DNA of 64,000 nucleotides from Tubiluchus corallicola (lineage: Eukaryota > Animalia > Priapulida), in assembly GCA_030141605.1 (NCBI GenBank), contig JAQGDQ010000086.1:616574-680573 (forward strand). The letters run 5' to 3'. Made by a program: the position numbers and the translations under genes. Of the stretch, positions 37,364-61,714 are shown one piece after another. The notes under the pieces are model-generated. The model was not told where the DNA came from. It ran no database searches and saw only the letters and a list, made by a program, of their open reading frames with translations. Position 1 is the first letter of the stretch, and the number at the start of each line of letters is the position of its first letter.

Positions 37364-37836
37364 GTACCTCAGTTCATGATGACATGTAAAAATTGGCCTT
37401 AGATACATTAGTTTGATCCTTTGTTCACTTTAACAATGGCTTCATGTCTGTGATCGTCTTGGCTGGACAATGGCTTCACCGAATACAGCAATTCGAGAAT
37501 TTATATATCTTCTATCGCTCAGTATACTATTTCTCTGGAGAATGGACAATAATGGACGTTTATGCATTTCTTTACGTTTCTACTATCTGAATTACCGTTT
37601 GCCATATTTGGACCGATTTGTAATTAAAAAAGAATACGACAAAATTATATAATAACAATTGAAAGCCATTTATTTTGCAGTTTTTATAAATTTGTGCAAC
37701 TCTGTGACTTAGTTACTTTACTACATGAATTTTCGTTATTAGTTAAGCCTTAAAGTTTGGTGAAGTTCTGAGACCTTGGCTGACTAATCGCTGTACCTTA
37801 AATGCAACGGAGCTTTCACCGCACCGTCTCGTCTTA

Positions 37837-38056
37837 AGAGGCGTTTATGTAGCATGCGGTTGCGTTTTGGAGGACGCGGAATGATAAAATGGCTTTATAT
37901 TGTTTTGAATACACCTGTTTATGCAGTTGCGGATGGTTATTCTTTGACTGCAGTTATCCTTTTGATTTTTTCCGCAGGCTTTTCCGCACTTTTCCGCATG
38001 CTGTTGCGCATTAGAAAACGCATCCGCATTCGCATCCACGGCTGCATAACGCCACT
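37837..38056. mobile_element. Harbinger-like MITE
   Basis: TTA on both sides; imperfect TIR AGAGGCGTTTATGTAGC / GCTGCATAACGCCACT; internal tccgca repeats. Confidence 0.6.
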
Positions 38057-38193
38057 TTAGTGTTTTACCCACAACTAACGATGATATAAGCTTGATAAGA
38101 ATCTCTTATTCATATATTATTAAATATATTATATTCATACATTGTATGTAATAATATTCTTTTCGTTACTTTCGGAATACATACTTTGGCTAA

Positions 38194-38365
38194 AGTTTGC
38201 AATTCCCCCCACACAAGTAATATTGTGTAGCGAATTAGGGTTAAGGTTAGGATTAGGATTAGATTTGGGATTAGGGTTAGGACAAGGGATAGGGTTAGGG
38301 TTAGGGATAGGGTTAAAGTTAGGGTTAGGTTTAATGTATTTAAATTGTGTGGGGAATTGTAAACT
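38194..38365. mobile_element. MITE carrying degenerate (TTAGGG)n
   Basis: TIR AGTTTGCAATTCCCC..ACACAA / TTGTGTGGGGAATTGTAAACT around about 95 bp of TTAGGG variants. Confidence 0.7.
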
Positions 38366-38720
38366 CCTTCCTATAGTTTGTTCGTAGGTCTATTTGGTTG
38401 ATTAACTGAAACACCTTACTGGTGGATTTGATAATTTGGACAGTGCGCAGACAGACTTTCTAATTTTAATCATTTTAATGAGTTGTTAAAGTACATTGTT
38501 CAATGTTGTTCAGTAATAGTAAAACGAAAAAAGTTGTTATAAATAAACGGGTTTTTGTAATTAATTAATTGGCTTATTTCTTATTTAATCTGGCTGCGAT
38601 ATTTCGTAAGTAGGTAATTATATAAGCATAATAGAGGATTAAATTAACGCTTCTGCGGTCGTTATCATAGTTCGGAATTTTTCACTTAGCGTAATTTTAA
38701 TATTTATTCTTAACGCCTTT

Positions 38721-38972
38721 GCGCGTTCAGACTAGCGTGTTTTCTTTTGCGAGTTTTCTCTCAGACAACCGTGAATTGTGAACTAGTTTGCGAGTTACTG
38801 TTGACACGTTATTGTAAACACTCAGCTAGTTGCTGATCACCAGCCAGTTAATGTCTAGTGTGAACGCCTTGCGAGTTACTCGACACTTCTTGAGTGAATA
38901 AAGAAGTAAGTGTCAGCTCGCGCAACTGTCGGAGAGCAACTCGCAAGTCTTGTTCTCTGATCTGAACACGCT
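38721..38972. mobile_element. MITE; same family as 58721-58980, opposite orientation
   Basis: Ends GCGCGTTCAGA ... TCTGAACACGC; repeated tgcgagtt motif. Confidence 0.65.
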
Positions 38973-40302
38973 TGTGAGTTACTTGGCGAGTTAACTTGGC
39001 GAGAATGCTCGCTACGTGTTTTAAAAACAATTATATCATGTATCAGTTTCATAAATTTTGTTTATTTACAAGTCTGAAAACAAGATTTTGATACACGTAT
39101 TTGCACAAAGATTCGCCACAATTGCTGGGAGAAAGTATGATTCAGTTTTACAACTGCAGTGAAATAAACATATATAGCTTGAATATATTTTAAATATACT
39201 GTATTTTCAAAAAAAATATATTAACAACTTAATACAGGTTGAAATTAGAGCTGTATCAGATATAACACATGGCCTATATACTGTATGAACAGTAGAAGGT
39301 CTACATAAAAGTAACACCAGCTGAAGAAAATTTCAAACTTAACACAAAATGAACGTGCTAATCTTCGACAAAAGTTTCAACCGCTAAAATTTGCAATGGA
39401 ATTAATATGGGTAAAGTTTTCAAGCCAGGTATCAAGAAACTTTTGCCTTCCCTTTAACTATTTCGTGTAGAATAAATTAAAACCTAAAAAATGCTTTCGC
39501 AGGCCCTAAATCACAATAAGATTAGAATTCATATTAAATTTTAATGCACCTGCTTGCTCACTAATTTGGCTTGATTCATTATTTCTGATTTTGATTGCTT
39601 TATGACGTCTAAATAATTCGACCACTTAAACAATCAGTCACTGTCTGGTTTGCTCATTTATTAATATTTATTCAAATGTGGTTTAATTTATTTCTTAAAC
39701 CGTCATGTCTGGAACTAGCTTAGTCGAAGAAAACACCATCTCCACTCACACACTCGATTGAACGTATGCTTAGAACGAGAGAAAATAGCCGTGTGGTCAA
39801 AGCGTGTGACAGCCATCAGGGATTCTGGTCCTGGAAATTTAGTGGTGCACTCAGAAGAAATAACATTTATAAACATACATCTTTCCCTGGATTAATATAA
39901 TTTATACGTATGGATAGGTGTGGACCCACAGAGTGATTGTAATCCCTGTAGTGGTATCTAGCCATAAAGTCTTGAACTATTCTTAAGGTGATTTCCCACA
40001 TTAGCCGACCTCATACTGGGTAGGTATGCTGACACGAGAATCTCTCTAGTGCATTGTGATGTCATATTAACAATCTGATAGTTGCCCAGTAACGTCTGCA
40101 TTGTGACGTCACCAATACTGTCACCTTGTTACATACATTTTGCATTGTCAGGTCATTTTGAGTCATAGCAACAACGTAGTTGCAACTGTGCGTGATGACG
40201 CACGCATGCACCTTATTATGCCACAATTATGACGCACGCATCACCGAACCAGTTGGGCGGCAATTATGATCGCACCTTTTATACCGTCGGGATTATATGA
40301 CG

Positions 40303-50957
<10,655 letters not shown>

Positions 50958-51404
50958 CTAGAAAAATATTTGATAGTAATATATAGTAAAAACAATAACA
51001 GCTGCAAGACAGAATCTTTATTTATTACACATTTATTACAATGCTAAGTTGCTGATCCAAAAATATTAAATATTAAGTGCCATCAGTACGCGCAAAAATG
51101 TTTGTTATTTTACCAGACTCGCTGGGGACTCCATATTGTGATTGCTTTTATGGTCAATAGACAAGTTCAGATAATGCTGCACATAAAACAGGCTTTGCCA
51201 GGAGAAAAACGGGACATCTCGGATCTAGAGACTTCAAAGTTTTTCATACTGGATGATTTGGAAAAATAAGTTAAAATATCACCCTGCTGCACTTTTAGTA
51301 TGAAGATAACTAACAGCTAAGCAACAATTCGAAATCTAAATCAGTGCCAAAACTTTGATAAAAGAGCTACAAGACAAATGAAAAACAAATGAAAGCTACA
51401 CAAT

Positions 51405-51669
<265 letters not shown>

Positions 51670-51670
<1 letters not shown>

Positions 51671-52300
51671 TAACTGTATTAGTAATAATAACAGTTATAA
51701 TAATTTATTGGCCTTAAATAAAATGCTGCAGGGCTTTACAACCATTAATAAATAAAAAGCGCCAATAAAATTACACCAATAGTGGGCTTAAAATTGTACA
51801 TTACAATAAAACCAGAAACATGGATGAATATTACATAGAGTACATTCCACATATAAAATTTAAGGCATAATCACAATCTAAATCCAAGTTAAATTAATTT
51901 GATTAACTAATTACAAGTTGAAAGCTTTTTGGAATAGGTTTTGGAGCGCATTTTAAGAATTCTAGTGACTCTGCCTGTTGTATGTGAATACACCTAAGCG
52001 TTTGATTCCACAATAGATGAGAAAGATCGTCCTTCACAAGTGACTAGTTTTTGTACTTGGTTGCTGTCGTGTCGCTTTCTACTTACAATTCGTTCACGTC
52101 GTTACAAACATATAAACTCTATCACATCGATTCGTGATCACATCATTTCAATGTTTCTGAAATATGCGCTTGTCGTCTGCCAATTGATTATCCAAGTCAA
52201 AACTAATTCGACGGTGGCACTTATTGTGAAGAACCCGACTCGTTAGAAGTCATTTTTCTCTGATGCGCCGTCATTAGAAATGCTAAGATATATTGCCCAT
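51670..52300 (-). mobile_element. L2-like LINE 3' end
   Basis: Minus-strand RSFS..WN..IQQAESL.F remnants followed by tgtaaagc...aataaattatta tail running into an (AAT)/(TAG) microsatellite. Confidence 0.5.
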
Positions 52301-52699
52301 AGCTGTCTGAGCGATGCGGCTGTCAGTAGTTCTTCAACAACCAACTTACAAAATTACTACAATTGTTCAAAGAGCAGAATCCAGACTTGTATGGAAATTT
52401 CTCTGCAGCATTAAATTTCCTATAAGCAAATGTTCGGCGTGGTCGTTGAGCAGGCTAGCAGAGTCGAATTTTAGTATTATGAATGGGCAATAAAATCGAT
52501 TTGAATAAAATCAGAATCGCATTAGTACTCGAAACGTGCATGTTTACCAGTGACTGATGGTTTGTGCTCCTGGTGAATTTACATAACATACCACAGAATG
52601 AAATTGGGGTTTCTTTCTTATTGTAATACGTTGACTGTCATGATTTAAAAAACATTTATATAATAAATAATTTGTTAATTTGATAATGTATTGGGTGAA

Positions 52700-53330
52700 T
52701 GTACATTAACAAAATTATACAGTCATTAATTGCATAGTACCAGACGAAACAGAGTACAAGATGGTACAAAATGTACCAAGTACAAAAAACACACCAAACA
52801 CTAATATATGTCATAAACCAAACTTCATATACACATTCAACACAGTAAAATTGATAACAAAGTTAACAATCCGATTTTATAAATGCAATATTCTATAGCT
52901 TCCTTTTATTTACAAAACAATTATTTATTAGGTTACAAACAATTGCTAGTGTTTCTAGATCTTTGCTCCCTGCCAAAAACAAATATTTGTCATATTAGTA
53001 AAATCAGGACATGTGCTTGAGATTTTAGTGAAGGCTATCTTTCTGTCAATTTCATGTTTATCCCAGTTCATTAAAAATGTTGCTCATCTTCAACATCTGT
53101 ACCTTTGCAATGTATGCAAACTCGCTGATTAACAGGAAGCTTTTTTGGTTTATGATGTCTTCCTGCTTCAATAACTAAGGTATGTGAACTAATCCGGAAT
53201 TTTGCAAAAGCTATTTTAGCCCTTCGTGGGATTTCCTACCCTATCAAATAATTTTCAAGCTCAAACTCAAGTATGAATTTGCAATAGTTCATAGGTTTAT
53301 TTCCTTCAATATTTTGTGTCGCAGGCCTGT
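52700..53330 (-). mobile_element. RTE-X-like LINE 3' end
   Basis: YCKF..EFELENYL ... FAKFRISSHTLVIEAGRH..P..QRVCIHC...VEDEQHF. Confidence 0.75.
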
Positions 53331-53568
53331 TAATTTCGAGTTTCCAATTTGCTACATAGATAAATAAGGCAGCGTTCAGTTCAGAAAGAGTGCACACGGT
53401 GTTTGGTGGTGCAATCACGTAACGAAGAAGAAGAAAAGGGAGAACAAAGGACGATTGACAAGCACCGAACTAACAGAGTTCCACAAGGTACGGTGGGAAA
53501 CCAGAAAAAGTGACAAACATAGCAATATTTAATTCATTTTAATTTAACCAAAGAACTATTAAATTGAA

Positions 53569-54116
53569 AGGAAAGGGTTATAAGCCGTCTCGGAGCTTAA
53601 GCTTATTTCAATGTTCGCGAAATGTTAGCAAGATTTAGCAATAAAAGTGTGATAAACGCTTCATGTAATTAGAAAAATCACTTTCAAGTAGCGATCATTT
53701 CACACCTGGGCGCTCCCATTTTGAACGTCCATTCTTCCATCAATGACGTAATACATCGGCTGAAGAAAGCAATGCATTGTCAATTCCCGTCAAAAAATAT
53801 TATAAGCTTTTACAAAAAATTAGACCGTCACAATTTAATTTTGCGACATTTTTGTATGAACAGTAGGAAGGAAGGCTAAAGAAGTTTGAATTAGTCTAAG
53901 CATCCAACCAGCGTGCACTTACGGAAAGTCACGAAGCTTCACGAAAAGTCACGAGGTCCACCATTTGCATCTTAATTTTCAAGTGAATGGCAACTACCAC
54001 CGCGCCTGACTTTTTTACAGTGTTAGCAGGAATTAACTTTATGCTTTATAGACATCTCTAAGTTTAAGTTATAGCAGTAAAATAAACCCAACATGGTAAA
54101 TGGCGCGTCGTTTCCT
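53569..54116 (+). mobile_element. Kolobok/T2-like element, family C
   Basis: AGGAAAG...TTTCCT-TTAA; homologous to 30162-30690. Confidence 0.7.
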
Positions 54117-54728
54117 TTAAATAGGTGTATGATTTGCTGGGATCTGTTGACGATTTTCAGGCACATCAACTAGGGGGCCAACATTCTCCAAGAAACTTGA
54201 TAAATGCAAGTTGTCATGTCTTCAAAACCTTACTGATCATTTTCAGCAGGACAATAGGCTTAGGCTGTTAATTCAACAACAATGACATGCAAGGTATAAC
54301 TGAAGGCAAGTTCCATGAAAACGAAATGATGCAGTCAACTGTTTTAAGTGTTATGCAAATAATATTTTTAAACAACCATTCGATTGCTTTGCCAGAATCT
54401 CGTGTCTTGATCTCGATGTGCCCTGTTCTGTCGTTATTTTCTGATAAAATATTTACAGTCTAAAGATGCGTCATAACTTTTTAATAGTCACAACAGTTTG
54501 ATAAATGAAATTTTTAACAGTGGTTGCGTCTTTTTATCTAAAATTATCAATATTGATAAATCAGCTATCAATTTTTGATCATGTACATGTATTTTGTCAA
54601 ATTTTGCTTCACTTTGCAATGCATTTGTAGTCAACGTACGTGCTTCCATTATGCAACAGATTGCCATACATAATTTGATGCCATGTTCCCCGGTCTGCTG
54701 CCACATGCCAAGCATTTACGTTGTTTAA

Positions 54729-55325
54729 AGGAAGACAGGATGGTTTTTCACATACTAGCCCATTTTCAAGTCCGATAAAAAGTATACATTTTATCACAAT
54801 TAATACTGCAAAAGCATTTCTGATAATCAAATAATAGATTAAAAAATTAATTAGCGGCAGGCGAACCCTACTATTCATGACATCAGAAACTAACATAATT
54901 TTAAACAGCAAAAATATTCCACGAGCGTGTTGCACGTGTTTGCGAAAGTGAAAATTGAAGTACAGTGCTACTGTAAGATATTCAATGTGTTATACTAAAA
55001 CGTAGGCAAGTTTTAAGATAAAAATTCACAATTTAAATTTACCGCTGTACTCACGCGTGAGCTATCGAACGTGTGTAGTTCGTCACAGACTAACACGTTT
55101 GAACTGAGAGGCACAGATACATTTTGTGCAACGCGTTACGAAATGCAGGGGCTAGTGTCCGTCTCACGAAAATGCGAAAGCAAAAACTGAAGTACAGTGC
55201 TACTGTAAGATATCCAGTGCGTTGTACTAAATCTTGGAAAGTTTTAAGCTAAAAACTCAAATTTCAATTTTACCGCTGTGTTCGATTGTTTTGACCAACA
55301 GTTTAAGATTGGTTCCGGTTTTGCT
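54729..55325 (+). mobile_element. Family A element with internal duplication/deletion
   Basis: TTAA-AGGAAGACAGGA...TCCGGTTTTGCT-TTAA; about 55170-55280 repeats about 54940-55050. Confidence 0.8.
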
Positions 55326-55399
55326 TTAAGTCAGTTGGTCTATTTAATAAGTCTTGCTTCAGAACATCCAAATACATGATCAGCTGTCCTCCTCTTGTT

Positions 55400-55750
55400 T
55401 TCTTCCTAGGTATTTGTGTTTGATGTAATGCTATAGTAAATGGAGAATCTTGTGGTAATTTTAATGACATGTCCAATCCACTTAAGCCAACACTTTTGTA
55501 TGGCCACACTCATTCTCTCTTGTGTGTTAAATTATATAGATCCTAATTTGAAATTTCCTTTGGCCATTTTACAGGTAACATCTTTCTATGCAGACGCCAT
55601 TGGAAGGCGTCTATTTCATTTTTCTGGGTGACTTTGACTGCTCACAATTACAAGTGGTGACAAAATATGCAGCTTGATTTATGTGGTGAGAAATAGAAGG
55701 TTTTATCTTCACTAATTCCTAAACTTTGACAGGTTGCACAGTAAATTGGA
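55400..55750 (+). pseudogene. Possible decayed P-element/THAP9-type transposase fragment
   Basis: Frameshifted remnants resembling LAT..L, KFPLAHF and D.G..NRRF. By-eye only. Confidence 0.25.
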
Positions 55751-56198
55751 GTGTGACCTGGAGCCTAAGTTAGCTGGAATGGCTACACAATGCGTTATAC
55801 TCGTCTACAAGACCATTAAGAAATATAAAATCGTAGAGCGGATGTGACGAAAGCGAAGCTTTGTGATGCCCAATATTCTGCAAACATGCAATCTGTTACA
55901 ACCGGAAATAGAGCACAAGCAATTTATTACTTTGGTAATTACGCCAAATTGCGTGCAACATTGTTGCTTAGCCCAGACTGCAAACGATTTTATCTGTGCT
56001 TGGTCCTTGCAGAAGGCTTCTGTGTTGTTATTGTCATCATTGATTTGGACAATTGTTGCTATCACAAAGATGAAGGCAAAGAAAAGACATAAGACTGTAA
56101 GCTTGAATTAATCTACAAAATTGATATGAAGCTCGTATCTTTACATAATTAATGTTCATGTAACTGCGTGTTTTCTACTGGGTGTACGACCATTTTAA

Positions 56199-57220
56199 AG
56201 GGGAAGAAAAGGCAACTTTATTTGTCCCAAAAAACCGTTCCACACACAAAGTTATTTTATGCTTGCCTGCTTGAAAGATTTGAGTAACTAGAAAAACATT
56301 CTTTGTAATTTAAAATGTTCACGCAAACTGGTAAAATAACTTCCCTTCCCAGTGTGCACCACTACTCACCCAAAATGTATTTTTAATCTTATTCACAAAA
56401 TACGCTCATTTTGTACGTTTGCTTAGTTAGTGAAGCCTGTGCTACGAATTTTGTCAGTATTTTTCAAACTTCACGCAATGTTACCTAAACATGTTTAAAA
56501 CTACCTACCATTAAAATAACTGGGCCTAACGGTCATAACGGGAGTTTACATTTTATACAGATTTTTCACCTAATGCAAGTTCTGCGCGCAGTAGGTTCAT
56601 GATGATAATAAATCTTTGCTTGCACAATATATACAAACATACATGCATGTACACATGCAAGGCCTCTATTTGCAGGCTGATAATTCTGCACTGTATTATG
56701 ATATAAGAGCTTTACAAGATATATATACAGAACGGTCAATTATAATTATGTCTTTAACACATGCACCATAAACTTGCTTATAAAACATTTTAGCAATTAT
56801 TTATAATAATTAAGATCCATAATAACAGAATTCATTCGCTGGGATTATTTAGATTACACTATTAGGAAGGCATTAAAATGACAACTTTTCTATGTGAGAG
56901 CTTTACTTACAAAGATATAAGAAGGAGTTTTGCTAAATTTACGATCAGACCAAGATAAATTTTGCTGGAGTTATACAAATACGTAAATATACATACATAC
57001 GTGTGCATGAGCTAAAATTTTTATTGTATTATGTATATAACTCATTTACATCTCTTTACAAACTGATAAGATAAAACCGTCTCTCAGAAAATTAATTAGA
57101 GCTTTACTTAATACTTCTTTTTTAAAAATACCCTGGATATGTTTTCCCTGCAGGGTTTCTAAATCGCAGTAGAGCATTATGCAGATGATACAAAATTTCA
57201 AGACGAATTTTTCTAGCTTT
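56199..57220 (+). mobile_element. Family B element, interrupted (about 56600-57180 is unrelated sequence)
   Basis: TTAA-AGGGGAAGAAAA terminus; core homology to about 56600; distal motif gatacaaaatttcaagacgaattttt at about 57188. Confidence 0.6.
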
Positions 57221-57322
57221 AGAGAGACTTTAGAGAGACTTGAATCAGGTACTACTGTTCTGTTAATCCACTTTAAATAAATAAAGATTATATCTATCTA
57301 TCTATTTATCTCTATCCCCCCC

Positions 57323-57380
<58 letters not shown>

Positions 57381-57764
57381 CCATACATCCATCTATCTAT
57401 CTATTATATGTATATATATATATAACTAAGGCCTTGCGCATATCTATGTGCCGTACCACTAGTTACTGTATTATTACGCTATTATGCCACAGTAAATGAT
57501 ACAACAGTTTCATTTTCCTCAACAGTTGCGTGAATTCATTCAGTATTTAGCTGAAGCTACTTGGCAATTGGCATTTTGCAAGGATTGTTTTTATTCAATG
57601 AATAACACCCATACAGCAACAGGGTTTTCGTGGCCTTGGAAGAGTCTTTTACTGAATTAACAGGGGTAAAACAGTTGCAGGAGTTTTGAAATAAATTCCA
57701 CATCGATCATGTTGAGATTTTGACCGAATGCTGAACATAGCCAGTCTAAACACGTCACCATCAC

Positions 57765-57950
57765 CAACGTCATCGTCATCGTCATCATCATCATCATCAT
57801 CATTGTCGTCGTCGTCGTCGTTATCATTGTCAAATAACCAGTTGTTGCATCATTATCATTGTCATCGTCATCATCATCATAATCATCATCGTCGTCGTCG
57901 TCATCATCTTCATCGTCGTCGTCGTTCTAGTTGTCATCGCCTTTATCATT
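57765..57950. repeat. Degenerate (CAT/CGT)n
   Basis: Direct reading. Confidence 0.85.
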
Positions 57951-58720
57951 GTCGTAAAATTTGTTCAATGTTCATACAGTCATCATCAGGGAATTTTTAC
58001 ATCTCCTAGACAGAAGACCTCTAACAGATTTGTCTCAAAATTTTCTTTGATCTGCCTTCTCACAAACAGTGAACCTGAAAGCTTTTCTTCCATTTTGGAT
58101 AAAATCTGACAAGAAAATGCATCTTTTTATTAAGCTTTTCACTAAAAGCACTTTTTCGTTTTTCCGAGGCTCTAGTTTACCACAAAATGGCTTTGTTGGC
58201 AAGTTTAACACAAGATTAAGAAGAAAAACTAAGACAGGATAATTATCCCAGCAAATAAAAGCAAACTTTTGTAGCGTGATTCAGAAAAAGAGGCGGTGCA
58301 CGATAACGTCAATTTCAAAGAAGAGATGACACGAGAAAACGTGTAAAAAATTGACGTTGACAAGTCTAGAAGCAGCGTGAATAACGTTGTTATTTTTTTC
58401 CTAGTTTGGAACTCCATTGAATTTTTACTTTTTGAAAAGACACTCAATATAGGGAAGAATCTATGCTATAAGAACGTAATTTAAGCATCATTAGTTTATG
58501 CTCAGTAGGACTGCCTGCACGCAAAAGCATTATTGTTTTATGCTTTGGTAAAAGTATTATTAACTTGCATGCTTAAACAATGCGTATTTATACATAATAA
58601 AAGTTGTTAACTGTTTGCTAAACATTACAGACGCATGTTTAGTTTCGTGAAGTGCATGCTAAAGCATTACACTCTTATAATTAGCATTGCTTTTGCTAAA
58701 AACAAAAACAGTGTTTTCGC

Positions 58721-58980
58721 AAGCGTGTTCAGACTAGAGAGCAAAATTTGCTGCGTGTTACTCTGCGACAGTAAGGGCTAGCTGACACTCACTTCTCTAT
58801 TCGCTGCAAGTAACTTGCCGAGGTGTCCACACTAGACAGTAACTCGCAGCTAATCAACTCACATCAACTGTCGAAGAGTTTGCAATAACTTGCCAACAGT
58901 AACTCGCAAAGCAGTTCACACTTGCAAGTTTGCAGGCAGAGAGAAAACTCGCGATAGAAACTCGCAGTCTGAACTCGCCG
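58721..58980. mobile_element. MITE; same family as 38721-38972
   Basis: Ends GCGTGTTCAGACT ... AGTCTGAACTCGC; repeated aactcgca motif. Confidence 0.65.
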
Positions 58981-59607
58981 CTAACGGGCTGTTGCGAGTT
59001 TATGCTTAGCGCAGGTAATTGAGTTTTCACATTATAGTTTAACGTTGGGTGTTTGAACAGTAGCTTGTAAATTATTATACAGCTACTGTACAAAAAAAAC
59101 TTAATACATTTTAACAGTTAAAATGAGGGGCAGATCATGTTAGTTTTATCTTGTTGAATAATCCCAACAAGGTTACAGGAATTCAAATCCAAATCCGCGA
59201 GCGTAAGACCGTGACAGTTTTTACACATGATGCCCAGTGTCCTTGACCTTTTGACAGAGGTCACTGTTCATCACACTGCTTTCAAGCCCCCTACACCCGT
59301 TTGGCGAGTTAAGAAGAATTTAAACTGGATGCGTAACACGATAAAGTGATGAAAAATCGGCGTATAAGGTATTTCTAGATTCACGGATAAAGAAGCTGTT
59401 ACAAGATCACGCTTTGAAGTTTTACTAAAAACAAGCACAAAATCCTCGACTTTAGTTTGATAACGTAACTTATGTTAGCTTGATAACGTAATTCTCAATT
59501 TTCAATGAGCAAAAACGCAAAAAACTTTTTGTGGCTTTCACCCGAAGGTGTGTGCAAGATATGGAAAACCTATAAATTTTCCAAACTGGGAAACTTTTTC
59601 CAATTAG

Positions 59608-59856
59608 TTGACCAATCGGTTCTTTTACTTTCTTGGCACTCTTTACCTCCCAAACAACAACTGGGTAATTGACCATTCAGTTCTTTTACTTTCTCAAAAC
59701 TATTTACCTCCTAAACAACAACTGTGTAGTTGACCAATCGGTTCTTTCACTTTCTCCGAATTATTTACCTTCTAAACAACAATTGGGTAGTTTAGGTAGT
59801 TGACCATTCAATTCTTTTACTTTCTCGGAACTTCTTACCCCCCAAACAATAACTGA
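59608..59856. repeat. Minisatellite, 4 x 61-bp unit with alternating variants
   Basis: ttgacca starts at 59608, 59669, 59730 and 59800. Confidence 0.9.
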
Positions 59857-60687
59857 CAGTCGTACAAGCTAGTGAAATACGGGAAAGCATTTCACTAGTT
59901 GTTTATAGAATTTTAGCAAGCAATCAATTAGGCAAATAAAACATAAAGCGGTGGGGGTTAAATGTTTGATCGATGAGTTAAGGCTAACTTGAGTGGCGTT
60001 GAAAACACATAAAAACCTTGCACCGTAACCGTAATTTCAAACCAAGCAGGCAATTTCGCTTTCTAAATGGATTAGGTTGTGCTCCTTAATTAGACACATT
60101 GCCAGGAAGGTTTTAACACGGGGCAGATCTACGGTTATAAGATGGTGCCTGGGGTGAACAATAACCACCTTGTTAACTTGGGATCTGCCCTGCCAATGAT
60201 TCTTTTTTCTGGGCTCTGAAGGCGTCTCCTGATTTAGGCGATGCATTTGCGGTCATCTTTCACGGGAATGATTTTGAGGGGCTGCGAGCATCCCCTTTTC
60301 AAGTTTCTCCATGGTTTCAACTAACACGCTCACGTGCAATGTCAGTTTACGTTTATTGTAAAAGCCATTTTCTCCTTATTTCAATCTACGAAGAATGCAT
60401 TTAGCGAAACTTCGCTGCTTCCAATAGAATGGTCAAGGAATTACTCATTTTTTGTATTCCTAGTAAGACGAGGCGTATTCCATGCAAGTGTCAATATCAG
60501 GAATTTGCCAAGAATTCTTTCAAGAAACAAGGACTAAAATCAGAGGTTCGAAGGTGCTCACATACCGCCCTATTTTTAACTCATTTCTGATCAAAACTTC
60601 AATATCCTAAAGACTAAAACAATTAATCAATGAAAGTGAATGAATTATGTGGGAAAATAGTTAAAAGCGCATGAGGTCAACGTAAGT

Positions 60688-60995
60688 GGTAATGCGTCAG
60701 CAATTCATCTAAGTGGTTGACGGTTCAATGCTACTCTTGGCTGAATTCTTCTGTCGACTTTTATTTTTACTATTAATCAAGCAAAATGATTTATTTAAAT
60801 TATTAAAACGATTAATACATATGCAAAAGCAAAGATTCACAGTAATGCGCCAACACTTCGTCGAAATGGTTGAAGGTTCGATGCTACACTTGGCTGAATT
60901 TTTCTGTTGACTCTTATGTTTACTATTAATCAAGCAAAAGGATTTGTTTAAGTTATTAAAACAATTAATACATCGACAAAAGCAAAGATTTATAG
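60688..60995. repeat. Tandem duplication, 2 x 153 bp
   Basis: tggttga at 60714 and 60867 with colinear similarity. Confidence 0.85.
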
Positions 60996-61221
60996 CAAAT
61001 TCACAGTTCAAATAATTAAATTAAAAAAATAATAAATTAATATTACTAAAATGTCTTCTAAAAATAACTTAAACTAAGTTCATCTGTGCATTTCGAAAAC
61101 TATTACAATTTAAAAACCGTTGGATCTAGTTTTGTCTTTGCTTTATTTCCAAAATGCCATAAATGATACATTGTTACATACTTTGCAATGTGAATGAAGA
61201 TTAGAATTAAAACTCCTTTAA

Positions 61222-61714
61222 AGCACAAGAAAACACTCTTCATAAATAAAGCGTAAAAATCAGTCTTGATATTTTATATCACTTACATGCTGTCTTACTG
61301 TGCATAGTATTTACGTTAGCAGTATTGCTGCATGAAACTTGTAAATTTGAACTCCCGCGATGACCGTTAGGCGCAGCCATTTTTAGGATAAGTCTTTTCC
61401 AATAAGTTTAGATAACATTGCGTATTGTTTGAAAAAATAGTCTGAGCATTTGTAGCATACTCTAGCGACAACCAAGAAAAGGTTAAAGCTACTTTATATG
61501 GTCAATAACAACAATGATGTGTTTTTTGGTAAGTGACTGGTGCACACTGGGATGCAGTGACGTTTTACCAGGTAGCGCGAAAATTTTAAATTATTAAGAA
61601 TATTCTTTTCTAATTACGTAAGTTTTTCAAACAGGTAAGCGTAATGCAAAGTAATATAACTTTGCGTGGGAAGTTTTTTGGGACATAGTTTAAAACAGCC
61701 TTTTCTTCCCCCGT
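61222..61714 (-). mobile_element. Family B element, apparently complete (about 490 bp)
   Basis: TTAA-AGCACAAGAAAA at left and TTTTCTTCCCCCGT-TTAA at right (imperfect TIR). Confidence 0.7.

Noticed and set aside
38230-38335. True telomere or chromosome fusion site
   Set aside because: Short, degenerate, single orientation and enclosed by TIRs.
58012-58035. 23-nt gapped match to the RBMS exon (agaagacctctaa..cagatttgtc at about 4395)
   Set aside because: No flanking similarity; too short to call a pseudo-exon, and a different reading fits better.
59608-59856. CRISPR-like regular repeats
   Set aside because: Units are contiguous tandem copies without unique spacers; eukaryotic context, no cas genes.
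60709-61011. 100-aa Cys-containing ORF with two 51-aa repeats
   Set aside because: Explained by a 153-bp tandem duplication; no recognisable domain or splice context.
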